Of a stretch of DNA of 64,000 nt, positions 51,975 to 59,994 are shown piece by piece (position 1 is the stretch's first letter; every line of letters starts with the position of its first letter). The notes beneath the pieces are model-generated. The model was given only the letters and a program-made list of their open reading frames with translations, had not been told where the DNA came from and made no database searches. Both the position numbers and the translations under genes were made by a program. The stretch spans positions 11,858 through 75,857 of the forward strand of contig DATIOK010000068.1 in the NCBI GenBank assembly GCA_035473255.1. Reading direction: 5' to 3'. The DNA is from Gaiellales bacterium. GTDB lineage: Bacteria > Actinomycetota > Thermoleophilia > Gaiellales > JAICJC01.

Positions 51975-53291
51975 TCAGCACCCCCCTGGTGGATCGACCC
52001 GCATCAAGGTCAGCATGCCGCCACCTGCGATCCCGAAGTTCGTGATCTGGTAAAGGGCGTGGCTATGCATCATGAAGTAGTACTCACCGCATTCGTTGTA
52101 ACTGGTCACGCCGACGGGCAGCGGGCCCTTGTAGCCGAGGTAGGGGCTGCCGCTGTACCAGGTCGCGTTGTCCTTGAACAGCAGGTTGGCGAGCGGCGGG
52201 ATGGCCACCGGGATCGGCTTGGTGTCCGGGTTCCATCCGTCCACGTCCGTCCACGTGTAGGTGGCGTCGGCGGTCTGCCCGGGGCCCACGGCCACCGTGT
52301 ACTTCTCGTAGCTCAGGTCCTGCCCAGCCGGCCCCTGCAGCGCCTGGCCGTCGCGTGCGATCACGCGGCCGTGGTTGCCGTGGGGATGGAACGGGTAGGT
52401 GACCGGCCCGGTGCTCAGGTAACGCACCAGCGAGGGCTTGTTGAACGGGTTGCCGGGATCGCTCGAGTGCGGCTGGAACTCGACCAGCGAGCTGTAGGGC
52501 TGGGTCGGCAGCCAGGCCGCGTTGTTCGGCGCGATCGTGTCGGGGAAGCTGCGACCGTTCACGAACCAGTAGTGCGGGTGGTAGGCCTTCATGTCGAAGG
52601 GCTGGTTCCGCTCGACGGCGCGGTGCAGGGCCGGATCCGACTGCGACAGCAGCATCACGTACTCGGTGTCGGGGTTGAAGGCCGAGTCGGAGCGGTTGTA
52701 GGCGAATGCCGCTCCCATCGAGGGCCGCACCACCATCGCGCCCACCAGTCCCATGTCCAGCTGCTTGTCCTGGTCGGTGCCGCTCTCGTAGATGTAGGTG
52801 CCGGGCTGGCCGGCGGTGAACGTGTAGCTGACGCTGCCGCCGTTGGCCTTGGCGGTCTGGGCCAGCGAGACGAGGTTCCCGCCCTGGTATACCGGGGAGA
52901 CCGGCACCCCGCTGGAGGTGACATTGTCTTGCCCCGGAAACACGATCGAGGTGTCCTCGGGGAGGGTGTTCTTGAGCACGATCGTGACGGTCTGCCCCTG
53001 GTTCAGGCACAGCACCGGGCCCGGGTACTGGAAGCCGCCGCCAGTCGGCGCGAAGCTCCACATGTAGACCAGGTTGTCGTCGGGGGTGGAGATCTGGCCG
53101 TCCCGTGCCGTCAGCTTGAAAACGTTGTTCGAGTCCGGATGGCTGCAGACGATGCCGGTCGCGGGCACGCTCACCCCGGACGCCTTGGGCGCACCGGTGG
53201 TCTCGATCCCGGCGATCAGGGCCAGCCCCAGCAGCGGCGCGATCCACCAGCGGAGCAGTCTCTTGCGTGCGTGTGTGAGAGTCTTCGTCAC
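51975..53291 (-). CDS. two-domain multicopper oxidase paralog ('MCO-B') with trinuclear-cluster-type His motifs only in domain 2
   Basis: GTG 53291..53289 is preceded by GAGG. The N-terminal hydrophobic segment is WWIAPLLGLALIAGI. Domain 1 has no HxH. Domain 2 has FHPHGNHG (52371..52388) and MMHSH (52059..52067). The family-typical GTYIYESG...DMGLVGAMVVRP is present. Confidence 0.8.
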   Translation of the reverse strand: MTKTLTHARKRLLRWWIAPLLGLALIAGIETTGAPKASGVSVPATGIVCSHPDSNNVFKLTARDGQISTPDDNLVYMWSFAPTGGGFQYPGPVLCLNQGQTVTIVLKNTLPEDTSIVFPGQDNVTSSGVPVSPVYQGGNLVSLAQTAKANGGSVSYTFTAGQPGTYIYESGTDQDKQLDMGLVGAMVVRPSMGAAFAYNRSDSAFNPDTEYVMLLSQSDPALHRAVERNQPFDMKAYHPHYWFVNGRSFPDTIAPNNAAWLPTQPYSSLVEFQPHSSDPGNPFNKPSLVRYLSTGPVTYPFHPHGNHGRVIARDGQALQGPAGQDLSYEKYTVAVGPGQTADATYTWTDVDGWNPDTKPIPVAIPPLANLLFKDNATWYSGSPYLGYKGPLPVGVTSYNECGEYYFMMHSHALYQITNFGIAGGGMLTLMRVDPPGGC

Positions 53292-53298
53292 GTCTGCC

Positions 53299-54636
53299 TC
53301 ACGCGTTCGGGGTGGTTTGGGCCGGGAGCGTTCCGGCCGGGTACGCGCGCAGCTCTGTGCGCAGCCCGGCATGGGCGCCTGATTTCGTCAGATAGCCGTC
53401 GGCGTAGTTGCGGTCGAACAGCGGGTATACGTCGTACGGCGAGCCGCTCGGCTCGGGCATGGTGATGATCACGTCGGTCGCCTCCCCGGGGCCGATGTCG
53501 AGCGTCTCGGCCAGGTAGCTGGTGTCGGTCCCGTCGCGGCCGCGCATCAGCGTGGCGTCCTTGCCGACCACCTTCATGGGCAGTCCCGGCAGGGTGATCG
53601 AGTGCTGCTGGTAGCCGATGTTGACGACCCGCACCAGCACGCGCTCGCCGGCGTTGCCCTTGATCAGGGCCGAGATCGGCTGGTATGCCAGCCGCGGATC
53701 GGCGAACCCGATCGGGTTGCCGTTGGCGTCGTAGCCGCTGCTGGCCTGGAGCGTGTCCGGGTAGGAGCGACCGTTGAAGAACCAGGCGTCGGCCTTGAAC
53801 TCCGACCAGTCCGGCTGCTGGATGTGCGCGTCCTCCCAGTGCGACTGCAGGTACCACTCGGTGATCAGCAGCGCGTACTCGCGGTCGTAGGCGGTCGAGC
53901 CGTCGCCGTCGTTGTAGGCGTAGGGGCCGGGGTGGCCGGCGATCGGCGCCTTGTTCTGGGCCGGCCGCACGAACACCACGCCGGTCATTCCCATCTGCAC
54001 GTGCTCGACGTCCTCGAAGTGGCAGTGGTAGATGTAGGTGCCGGGGTTGTGCGGCTTGTAGAAGTAGGGGAAGGTGCGGCCGATCGGAACCGAGATCGAC
54101 ATCTCCGGTATGCCGTCGAACAGCGACAGCGCGTTGCGGAAGCCATGCCAGTGGATGGTGTGGCCGTCGGTCAGGTCGGGGCGCTGCTGGAACCCGAGGT
54201 TGCTGAGCGAGATCGTGACGTCGTCGTTCTCGTCGACGTAGATCAGCGGCGCGCTCGCCTGGATCTTGCCCTTCTGGGCGCGGATCGCCGCCACGTCGGT
54301 GGCGATCAGCTGCGGGTTGCCGGTGGCGGTGCGGGCCGCCTGCACCATACTGGTCACGTCCCGGAAGCCGAACAGGTAGGTGGTGCGGTTGTTCGGGGCG
54401 TAGCCGTCGGGGAAGTACTTGGTCGGGTTCCTGGGATCGGGCAGCGAAATCCAGCCGTCGGTCGCGATCAGGTTGATCTCACCCTTGACGCCGGTGTAGC
54501 CGTTGCCGGCGGCGCGGGCGCTACCGCCCGTGCGGAGGATGCCCATGCCCCCGGCCGCCAGCACGGCGCCGGCTCCGGCTCCGGCCTTGAGCGCTGCGCG
54601 CCGCGTGAATCGGCGGTCGTTCCAGTTGCCTGTCAT
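53299..54636 (-). CDS. two-domain multicopper oxidase paralog ('MCO-A') with Tat signal, type-1 Cu site and half of the trinuclear ligands in domain 1
   Basis: Tat-like NDRRFTRRAALKAGAGAGAVLAAG. Domain 1 has HTIHWHG (54145..54162) and YHCHFEDVEHVQMGM (53986..54027). Domain 2 has no HxH motif. ATGA overlap with the upstream giant gene. Confidence 0.85.
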   Translation of the reverse strand: MTGNWNDRRFTRRAALKAGAGAGAVLAAGGMGILRTGGSARAAGNGYTGVKGEINLIATDGWISLPDPRNPTKYFPDGYAPNNRTTYLFGFRDVTSMVQAARTATGNPQLIATDVAAIRAQKGKIQASAPLIYVDENDDVTISLSNLGFQQRPDLTDGHTIHWHGFRNALSLFDGIPEMSISVPIGRTFPYFYKPHNPGTYIYHCHFEDVEHVQMGMTGVVFVRPAQNKAPIAGHPGPYAYNDGDGSTAYDREYALLITEWYLQSHWEDAHIQQPDWSEFKADAWFFNGRSYPDTLQASSGYDANGNPIGFADPRLAYQPISALIKGNAGERVLVRVVNIGYQQHSITLPGLPMKVVGKDATLMRGRDGTDTSYLAETLDIGPGEATDVIITMPEPSGSPYDVYPLFDRNYADGYLTKSGAHAGLRTELRAYPAGTLPAQTTPNA

Positions 54637-57600
54637 CGCTCGTCAGCCCCCAGGTCCTTCCCGGACGACGGCCGGGTTTGGTTGTCGATGTCGAAGGTCG
54701 GCGCGTTCACGCCCGACTGCGAGTTGACCGCCAGGTTCAGCGCCTGGGATCCGGCCGCGAGGTGGTAGTTGCCCGCCAGCAGCTCGGCCACCGACTGGGC
54801 GATCGTGATGGCGGCGATGAAGTGCGGGTCGCCGCGCCACGGGAACGGCGAGATCAGCGTGTCGTACGGATTCACAACGATGCTGCCGGGAGCTCCCGCC
54901 ACCAGCGTGTTGGTGCCGTCGTTTGCGGCCGGCACCGCGCCCGCCACCGGCTGGCTGGGGCCGTAGCCCTGCAGCAGCGTGTGGTGCGGGTGCAACGGGC
55001 CGAGGCCGTCGGCGACGCCCATGTCCCAGTAGCGGATCGGTGCCGGGTCGCCGGTCTGGCCGATGCCGGACACGGTGCCCGAGCTGAGATCCCAGGCGCC
55101 GGCGCGGTTGTCGTCGAACACGTTGTTGAACATCAGCGGGTCGCTGTAGTGGGCGTGGGAGGCGGGCAGCTTGGCCTGCAGCAGCGTGCTGTTGCCGGTG
55201 TCCGATAGGCCCGCCGGAGCCGGTTGGCCGTTGCTGGTGGCTGCCGTCGCCGTGGTGATGTTCTTCATCACCGTGTTGTTGTAGAAGCGCGTGTTGGTGG
55301 CGTCGTCGAGGGCCACGCCGCCGCCCTCGTGGGTCGACACGTTGTTCACGATCATGTTGTTGAAGATCGAGATCTGCGAGTCGTTGAGGGTGCCGTTGGC
55401 GTTCGCGCCGCTGGTCATCAGCAGCCGCAGCCCGCCGCCGTCGTCGTTGGCCACGTTCTCCTGGATCAGGTTGTTGAAGACGCTGACCGAGCCGGAGCCG
55501 CGCGTCAGCGTGGTCTTGGGATTGGCGGGCAGCTCGCCGGCGATCATCACGCCGGCGCCCTCGTCGTACGAGCCGTTCAGGTAGATCTGGTTGTCGTGGA
55601 TCTGCCCGCCGGGGCTGAGGCCGAAGTGGCTGATGCCGCCGCCGTACTCCGACGAGAAGTTGCCGCAGACGTCGTTGAAGCTGAGGTCGTAGTTGTTGGC
55701 ACCGGTGAACAGCGCCACCGCGCCGGCCAGGTTGGAGCCGCCGTTGTGGAGGATCCGGTTGTGCGAGATCAGCAGGTTGTTGTTGTTGTTCGAGCCGATG
55801 TTGGGAGTGCCGACGCGGATCGCGCCGCCGTAGGAACCGCCGTTACCGTCGATCACGTTGTTGGTGACGTGCATGAAGTGGGCCTGCGCGTTCACGTACA
55901 CGCCGCCGCCCTGCGTCACCGCGGCCTCCTGGGTGGGATCGCCGACCGGGTTGGGCACCGGGCCGCCGCCGTTGTCGAACAGGCTGCCGGGGAAGTCGAT
56001 CTGGTCGCCGCCCATCAGCGTGAACCCGTCGATCGATCCGGGGAAGGCGCTCGTGAACTGGCCGGTCGTGCGCGGGTACACCGACACCACCGGGCCCTCG
56101 TAGATGTTCTGGTTGCCGGTCCGGGTGAGGCCGCTGACCAGCGTCGTCCAGTCGGTGGCGTAGTTGTTGTCACCGTCGGCAGCGAAGCCGCCCTGGGTGT
56201 AGAAGTACCGGCCGTTCAGGATCGAGCCGGGCACTGCGTGCTGCGTGCCGCCGGCGGTGTAGATGCCGCCCGGGCCGACGCCCTGGAGCTTGATCGGCTT
56301 GTTCATGACCACGTTTTCGAAGTAGCTGCCGAGCGGGTTGCCGTTGCTCGGCGTATCCGGGTACACGACCACCAGTCGCCTGCCGGTGCCGGGGTTGGCG
56401 GCGTTGATCGCGTCCTGCACCGTGGCCGGTGTGGTGGCCTGGGTGTCGAACTGCTTGCCGGGACCGACCTCGATCACGGTCGGGGTGTAGTTCCCGCCCA
56501 GGATGTGGTACGTGATTCCGTCGATGGTCGACTGTGCGCCGGCTCCCGCTGTCCTGATGATGAGCTGATGCGGCGCGCCGATCCGCGAGGCCGCGGACGA
56601 GGCCGTCGACGACGACCGGGACGGCATCTGCGCCACGATCTGGTTGTCCGTCCAGGAGGTGATCGAGCCGGAGGTGCTGCCGGTAACCGCGGAGGTGATC
56701 GACACGCCGTCCAGCAGCACGTTTCCGGTCGCGTTGCCGAAGTTCTTGCCGGTGATCGTGATCGTGCGCTGAGCAGTGGTGGCGTTGTTCACCTGGTACG
56801 GGCGGCTGACCGAGAACATCTGCGGTATGGCCGTGGGCAACGTGCAGTCGGCCGGGTGCAGCGTCTGCGTGCCCGGGCCTTCGACCAGCTGTGCGATCGG
56901 CACCGGCGCCAGGTCGGCAGGCAGCGTCAGGTTCGGCCACAGCTGGAAGTTGGTGGCAGCCGTCCGGTAGTTCGGGTTGAAGTCGGCGTTGGGATGCTCG
57001 GGCGTGCCGGGGTCGTTTGCCACGAACCGATACACGTTCGGGCAGGGCCCGGCCGGCAGCGGGCAGTTGTACGAGCTGACCGACGGCAGGATGTCCTCGA
57101 ACACGCCGTTGGCGTCGGTGTGCATGGTGTCGACCAGGCGGCCGGTGTAGTCGTACAGGCCGACCGGCATGTTCGGGATGCCCAGCTTCTCGCCGTAGAA
57201 CAGCTCCTTGGGATTGCTGGAGAGCGTCAGGTCGTCGGTCACCAGGCCGTGGAAGCGCCCGGGCACCGGCACGTCGGTGAAGAAGTGGAAGTTGGGCGTC
57301 GCCGAGTACTGATCCTTGAGGGTGACCAGCTGGGTGTCGCAGATCGGCTTCTGCTCGCCCTCGTACGGGCTGCCGCCGATGTCCGCGAACCCGGGGTTCG
57401 CAGTCGGCGTCGAGGCCGGCACCGTGACGGTGCCGCCGTCGAGGCTGACCGGGCCGTAGCTGTCCTGCCCAGAGCCGGCCACGTCCACCGTGTGCAGGGC
57501 GCCGGCGCACGGATAGGGAGGCTCCTGTGGCGTGTAGGAGTCACCGGTGGCGATGTTGATGTCCTCCTCGCGCACCGGCTTGTAGACGGGCTGGTGCGTG

Positions 57601-59900
57601 ATCGGGTCGTTCGGCACCTCGACCCGCACCAGGTAGTCGCCCGGCCCCAGGGGGTCCTGGCAGTCGTCCGGGTTCCCGCTGAAGGTGCTGTTGCCGTTGG
57701 CATCGGGTGTGCACTGGGTGCCGAACCCGTAGTTGCCGTTGACGAGTGAGAACTGATCGCTCTGGTTGCCCCAGAATCCGACCTGGTTCTGCATGGCGAA
57801 GCCCTCGAGGCAGTCCTTGTTGGTGGCGTTCACGGACGGGAAGTCGGGCATGAAGTCCCAGGACACGGGGTCGCCGTTGACGTCGCGGGACGTGCAGCCG
57901 GTGGGCCGCTGCCACTGCTCCGTGGTGTACTGGTTCAGCTTGGGGCCGAGCTGGTAGGAGCCGTCGGCCGCCTTCAGGTACTGCCCCGGGTTGTTCGGGT
58001 CGGGGACGGGGGCGTAGAGGTCGACTTTGAGGCCGGAGATGCCGCCCTCGTAGTCCTCGGTGGCCATGAAGCGCGGGTCGAGCTCGTTGCGGGTCGTTTC
58101 GTACACGACCTCGCCCACGATGCCGCCGTTGGTGCCGCGGTCATAGGGCCTGATGCCCCAGTCGATGCGGTTGGACAGGCCGACCAGGTGGAAGGTGTTG
58201 AGATCGACGCCGGCGCCCAGGATGGTGGTGGGGCTGGGCTGGTTGTCGGTCTGATAGGTGACGCCCGTCGTGTAGTACCGCGGGTCGTACATCTCCTCGA
58301 CCACCCACTGGCCCAGCGGATAGGCCTCGCGGAAGATGTAGTGGCCGTTCGAGTCGGTCGTGTAGGAGGCGGTGCCCTGATCCTGCAGCGAGTTGTCGCG
58401 CGACTTCAGGGTGACCGTCAGGTTGGGGACGCCCGGCTCGCCGGGATCTTGCTTGCCGTTGCTGTTGTAGTCGTTGAAGACCGTGCCCTTGACGATGCCG
58501 AACCAGTGCGCCAGATACAGCGTTTTCATCTTGGTCAGCTGGCCGTTTCGCACCGTCGCCTGGTTGGTCTCCACCAGGTAGTCCTGGTTCTCGTCCCAGG
58601 TCACGAGCTCGTAGTCGCCGTTCGGCACGTGCTTGATGTCGAAGCGGCCCTGCGTGTCGGCGCGCTTCACGTAGACGGCCGTGTCGCCGGCGTCGATCGA
58701 GACCAGCGACACCCAGCCGTCGCTGACCGGCGGGTCGATGGCGTTGCCGGCCTCGCCGCCGAACACCAGGCCCTTGGCGGGCGGGGTGTAGGCGCGGATG
58801 CCGTTCAGCTGGCCGGTGATCTCACCCGTGACGTTGGTGTTGGTGAGCGTGTTCTGCTCGGCCACGAAGCCCGCGATCGTCTCGGGCACGCCCTCGCCGC
58901 CGCGGATCAGCTCGCCGTCGAACCCGTTCGACCCCTCCTGGTGCCAGGTGTCCCAGTCGTGCCCGCCTTCGAGGGTCGTCGTCTGCAGCCAGTGGCTCGA
59001 TGCATTGGGACCCGAGGTGGGCGGGGTGACGGTGACCGTGTAGCGGTTGGAGCCGAGGTTGCCGATCTCGATCAGGCCAGTCGAGTCGGACAGGCACTTG
59101 CCGCCGATCGTGTCGATCACCGGCTTGCCGTTGGCATCCATCTCGTAGGGGCCGACGAAGGGGTCGCTGCTCGGGTTCGGATCGCTGGGATCCTTCTTGT
59201 AGATCGTGCACAGCGGGTTGCCGTACCAGTCGGTCGTGACCTCGGCCAGCACGTCGTTGATGTGTCCGACGAAGTTGCTGAGGCCGGGTTCTGCGGGAAT
59301 GTCCCACTGGCCGTTGGTAGCGGTGTCGTTGAAGACCTGCACGCGCATCGTGGCCAGCGGCAGGTCGTACGCGTCGACCTGCACCGTCACGTTCAGGTCG
59401 CCGCTCGCGGGGACCGTGAAGTGGGTGCCGTCGATCTTCGCGGTCTGGGCGCCGGTGGCGTCGTAGGCCTGCACCGAGATCACGTACTTGCCCGGGTCGA
59501 GCGCGATGCCGTTGCTCGGGCCCATCACGGTCTCGTCGCCCTGCGTGACGATCTGGTTGACCCCAGCCGTGCCGCCCGGCGTGGAGTGGATCGAGGGCCA
59601 GTTGCACCCGTCCGGGTAGCTCGGGTTGCTGCCGCCCGCGCCGCTTGGCAGGCAGGCGGACTGCGGCTGTGAAGGATCGCCGGCGTCGTCGCGGACGATC
59701 AGATACTTGTAGTGGTCGACGGCCTGGGGTGCCGGGCCTGCGGTGACGACGTTGAGCGTGACGCCTCCGGCGGCAGCGGCGCTGGGTGCGCCGGACAGCA
59801 GCAGGCAGAGCGCGACGGCGGCAGCGCAGACGGCCGCACCGGTGGCGAACCTCCCGCGGGTGACGCGGGTCGTGCGCTGATGCCGCAATGCTGTTCTCAC
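54633..59900 (-). CDS. 1755-aa secreted protein: multiple SdrD-B/Cna-B-like (carboxypeptidase-regulatory-like) domains, IPT/TIG-like domain, C-terminal right-handed parallel beta-helix
   Basis: GTG 59900..59898 is preceded by GAGGAGGAG at a 4-nt spacing. The signal is ...GAAVCAAAVALCLLLSGAPSAAAA. An SdrD-B-like unit is VKGTVFNDYNSNGKQDPGEPGVPNLTVTL...TDSNGHYIF. The IPT-like segment is ITITGKNFGNATGNVLLDG. The PbH1-type repeats are ISHNRILHNGG, FNNLIQENVANDDGGG and FNNMIVNNVSTHEGGG. Confidence 0.85.
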   Translation of the reverse strand: MRTALRHQRTTRVTRGRFATGAAVCAAAVALCLLLSGAPSAAAAGGVTLNVVTAGPAPQAVDHYKYLIVRDDAGDPSQPQSACLPSGAGGSNPSYPDGCNWPSIHSTPGGTAGVNQIVTQGDETVMGPSNGIALDPGKYVISVQAYDATGAQTAKIDGTHFTVPASGDLNVTVQVDAYDLPLATMRVQVFNDTATNGQWDIPAEPGLSNFVGHINDVLAEVTTDWYGNPLCTIYKKDPSDPNPSSDPFVGPYEMDANGKPVIDTIGGKCLSDSTGLIEIGNLGSNRYTVTVTPPTSGPNASSHWLQTTTLEGGHDWDTWHQEGSNGFDGELIRGGEGVPETIAGFVAEQNTLTNTNVTGEITGQLNGIRAYTPPAKGLVFGGEAGNAIDPPVSDGWVSLVSIDAGDTAVYVKRADTQGRFDIKHVPNGDYELVTWDENQDYLVETNQATVRNGQLTKMKTLYLAHWFGIVKGTVFNDYNSNGKQDPGEPGVPNLTVTLKSRDNSLQDQGTASYTTDSNGHYIFREAYPLGQWVVEEMYDPRYYTTGVTYQTDNQPSPTTILGAGVDLNTFHLVGLSNRIDWGIRPYDRGTNGGIVGEVVYETTRNELDPRFMATEDYEGGISGLKVDLYAPVPDPNNPGQYLKAADGSYQLGPKLNQYTTEQWQRPTGCTSRDVNGDPVSWDFMPDFPSVNATNKDCLEGFAMQNQVGFWGNQSDQFSLVNGNYGFGTQCTPDANGNSTFSGNPDDCQDPLGPGDYLVRVEVPNDPITHQPVYKPVREEDINIATGDSYTPQEPPYPCAGALHTVDVAGSGQDSYGPVSLDGGTVTVPASTPTANPGFADIGGSPYEGEQKPICDTQLVTLKDQYSATPNFHFFTDVPVPGRFHGLVTDDLTLSSNPKELFYGEKLGIPNMPVGLYDYTGRLVDTMHTDANGVFEDILPSVSSYNCPLPAGPCPNVYRFVANDPGTPEHPNADFNPNYRTAATNFQLWPNLTLPADLAPVPIAQLVEGPGTQTLHPADCTLPTAIPQMFSVSRPYQVNNATTAQRTITITGKNFGNATGNVLLDGVSITSAVTGSTSGSITSWTDNQIVAQMPSRSSSTASSAASRIGAPHQLIIRTAGAGAQSTIDGITYHILGGNYTPTVIEVGPGKQFDTQATTPATVQDAINAANPGTGRRLVVVYPDTPSNGNPLGSYFENVVMNKPIKLQGVGPGGIYTAGGTQHAVPGSILNGRYFYTQGGFAADGDNNYATDWTTLVSGLTRTGNQNIYEGPVVSVYPRTTGQFTSAFPGSIDGFTLMGGDQIDFPGSLFDNGGGPVPNPVGDPTQEAAVTQGGGVYVNAQAHFMHVTNNVIDGNGGSYGGAIRVGTPNIGSNNNNNLLISHNRILHNGGSNLAGAVALFTGANNYDLSFNDVCGNFSSEYGGGISHFGLSPGGQIHDNQIYLNGSYDEGAGVMIAGELPANPKTTLTRGSGSVSVFNNLIQENVANDDGGGLRLLMTSGANANGTLNDSQISIFNNMIVNNVSTHEGGGVALDDATNTRFYNNTVMKNITTATAATSNGQPAPAGLSDTGNSTLLQAKLPASHAHYSDPLMFNNVFDDNRAGAWDLSSGTVSGIGQTGDPAPIRYWDMGVADGLGPLHPHHTLLQGYGPSQPVAGAVPAANDGTNTLVAGAPGSIVVNPYDTLISPFPWRGDPHFIAAITIAQSVAELLAGNYHLAAGSQALNLAVNSQSGVNAPTFDIDNQTRPSSGKDLGADER

Positions 59901-59936
59901 CGAGCTCCTCCTCGTCACAGGCAATCGAGCCTGGTG

Positions 59937-59966
59937 ACCGTAAGGTCGGAGGAGAAGCGCAAGCAA
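59937..59966 (-). promoter_or_regulatory. candidate promoter for the giant gene/copper operon
   Basis: On the minus strand: TTGCTT (59966..59961), an 18-nt spacer, then TACGGT (59942..59937; fits TAnnnT). It lies about 37 nt upstream of the GTG at 59900. Sequence match only. Confidence 0.25.
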
Positions 59967-59970
59967 GGAT

Positions 59971-59987
59971 TGTTACAACCGTGTCAC
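59971..59987 (-). promoter_or_regulatory. direct repeat GTGACA-N5-GTAACA (11-bp period) abutting the candidate -35; possible OmpR-family regulator site
   Basis: The minus strand reads GTGACACGGTTGTAACA (59987..59971). The half-sites are 11 bp apart and end 4 nt upstream of TTGCTT. This geometry is typical of winged-helix response-regulator sites. Binding is untested. Confidence 0.2.
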
Positions 59988-59994
59988 GCTTTCG

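Noticed and set aside
52059-52067. Reading H-S-H in MCO-B as a degenerate H-C-H (lost type-1 Cys)
   Set aside because: The context (aromatic-x-H-S-H near the end of a cupredoxin domain, paired with an upstream HxHG) matches the classical second MCO motif (W/Y-H-S-H), which supplies trinuclear-cluster ligands. It is therefore more likely a genuine ligand motif than a mutated type-1 site. This remains to be confirmed by alignment.
46267-54636. Interpretation as a standard copABCD/pco copper-resistance locus
   Set aside because: CopC-CopD is present, but there is no three-domain Met-rich CopA/PcoA, no CopB/PcoB and no efflux ATPase. The MCO genes are two-domain paralogs with split ligands and huge accessory proteins, so the canonical label would be misleading.
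55224-59672. 841-aa (55224..57749) and 494-aa (58188..59672) plus-strand ORFs
   Set aside because: They are antisense to the giant beta-helix/Cna-B gene. Their translations are dominated by V, G, R, A, D repeats that mirror the codon bias of the real gene.
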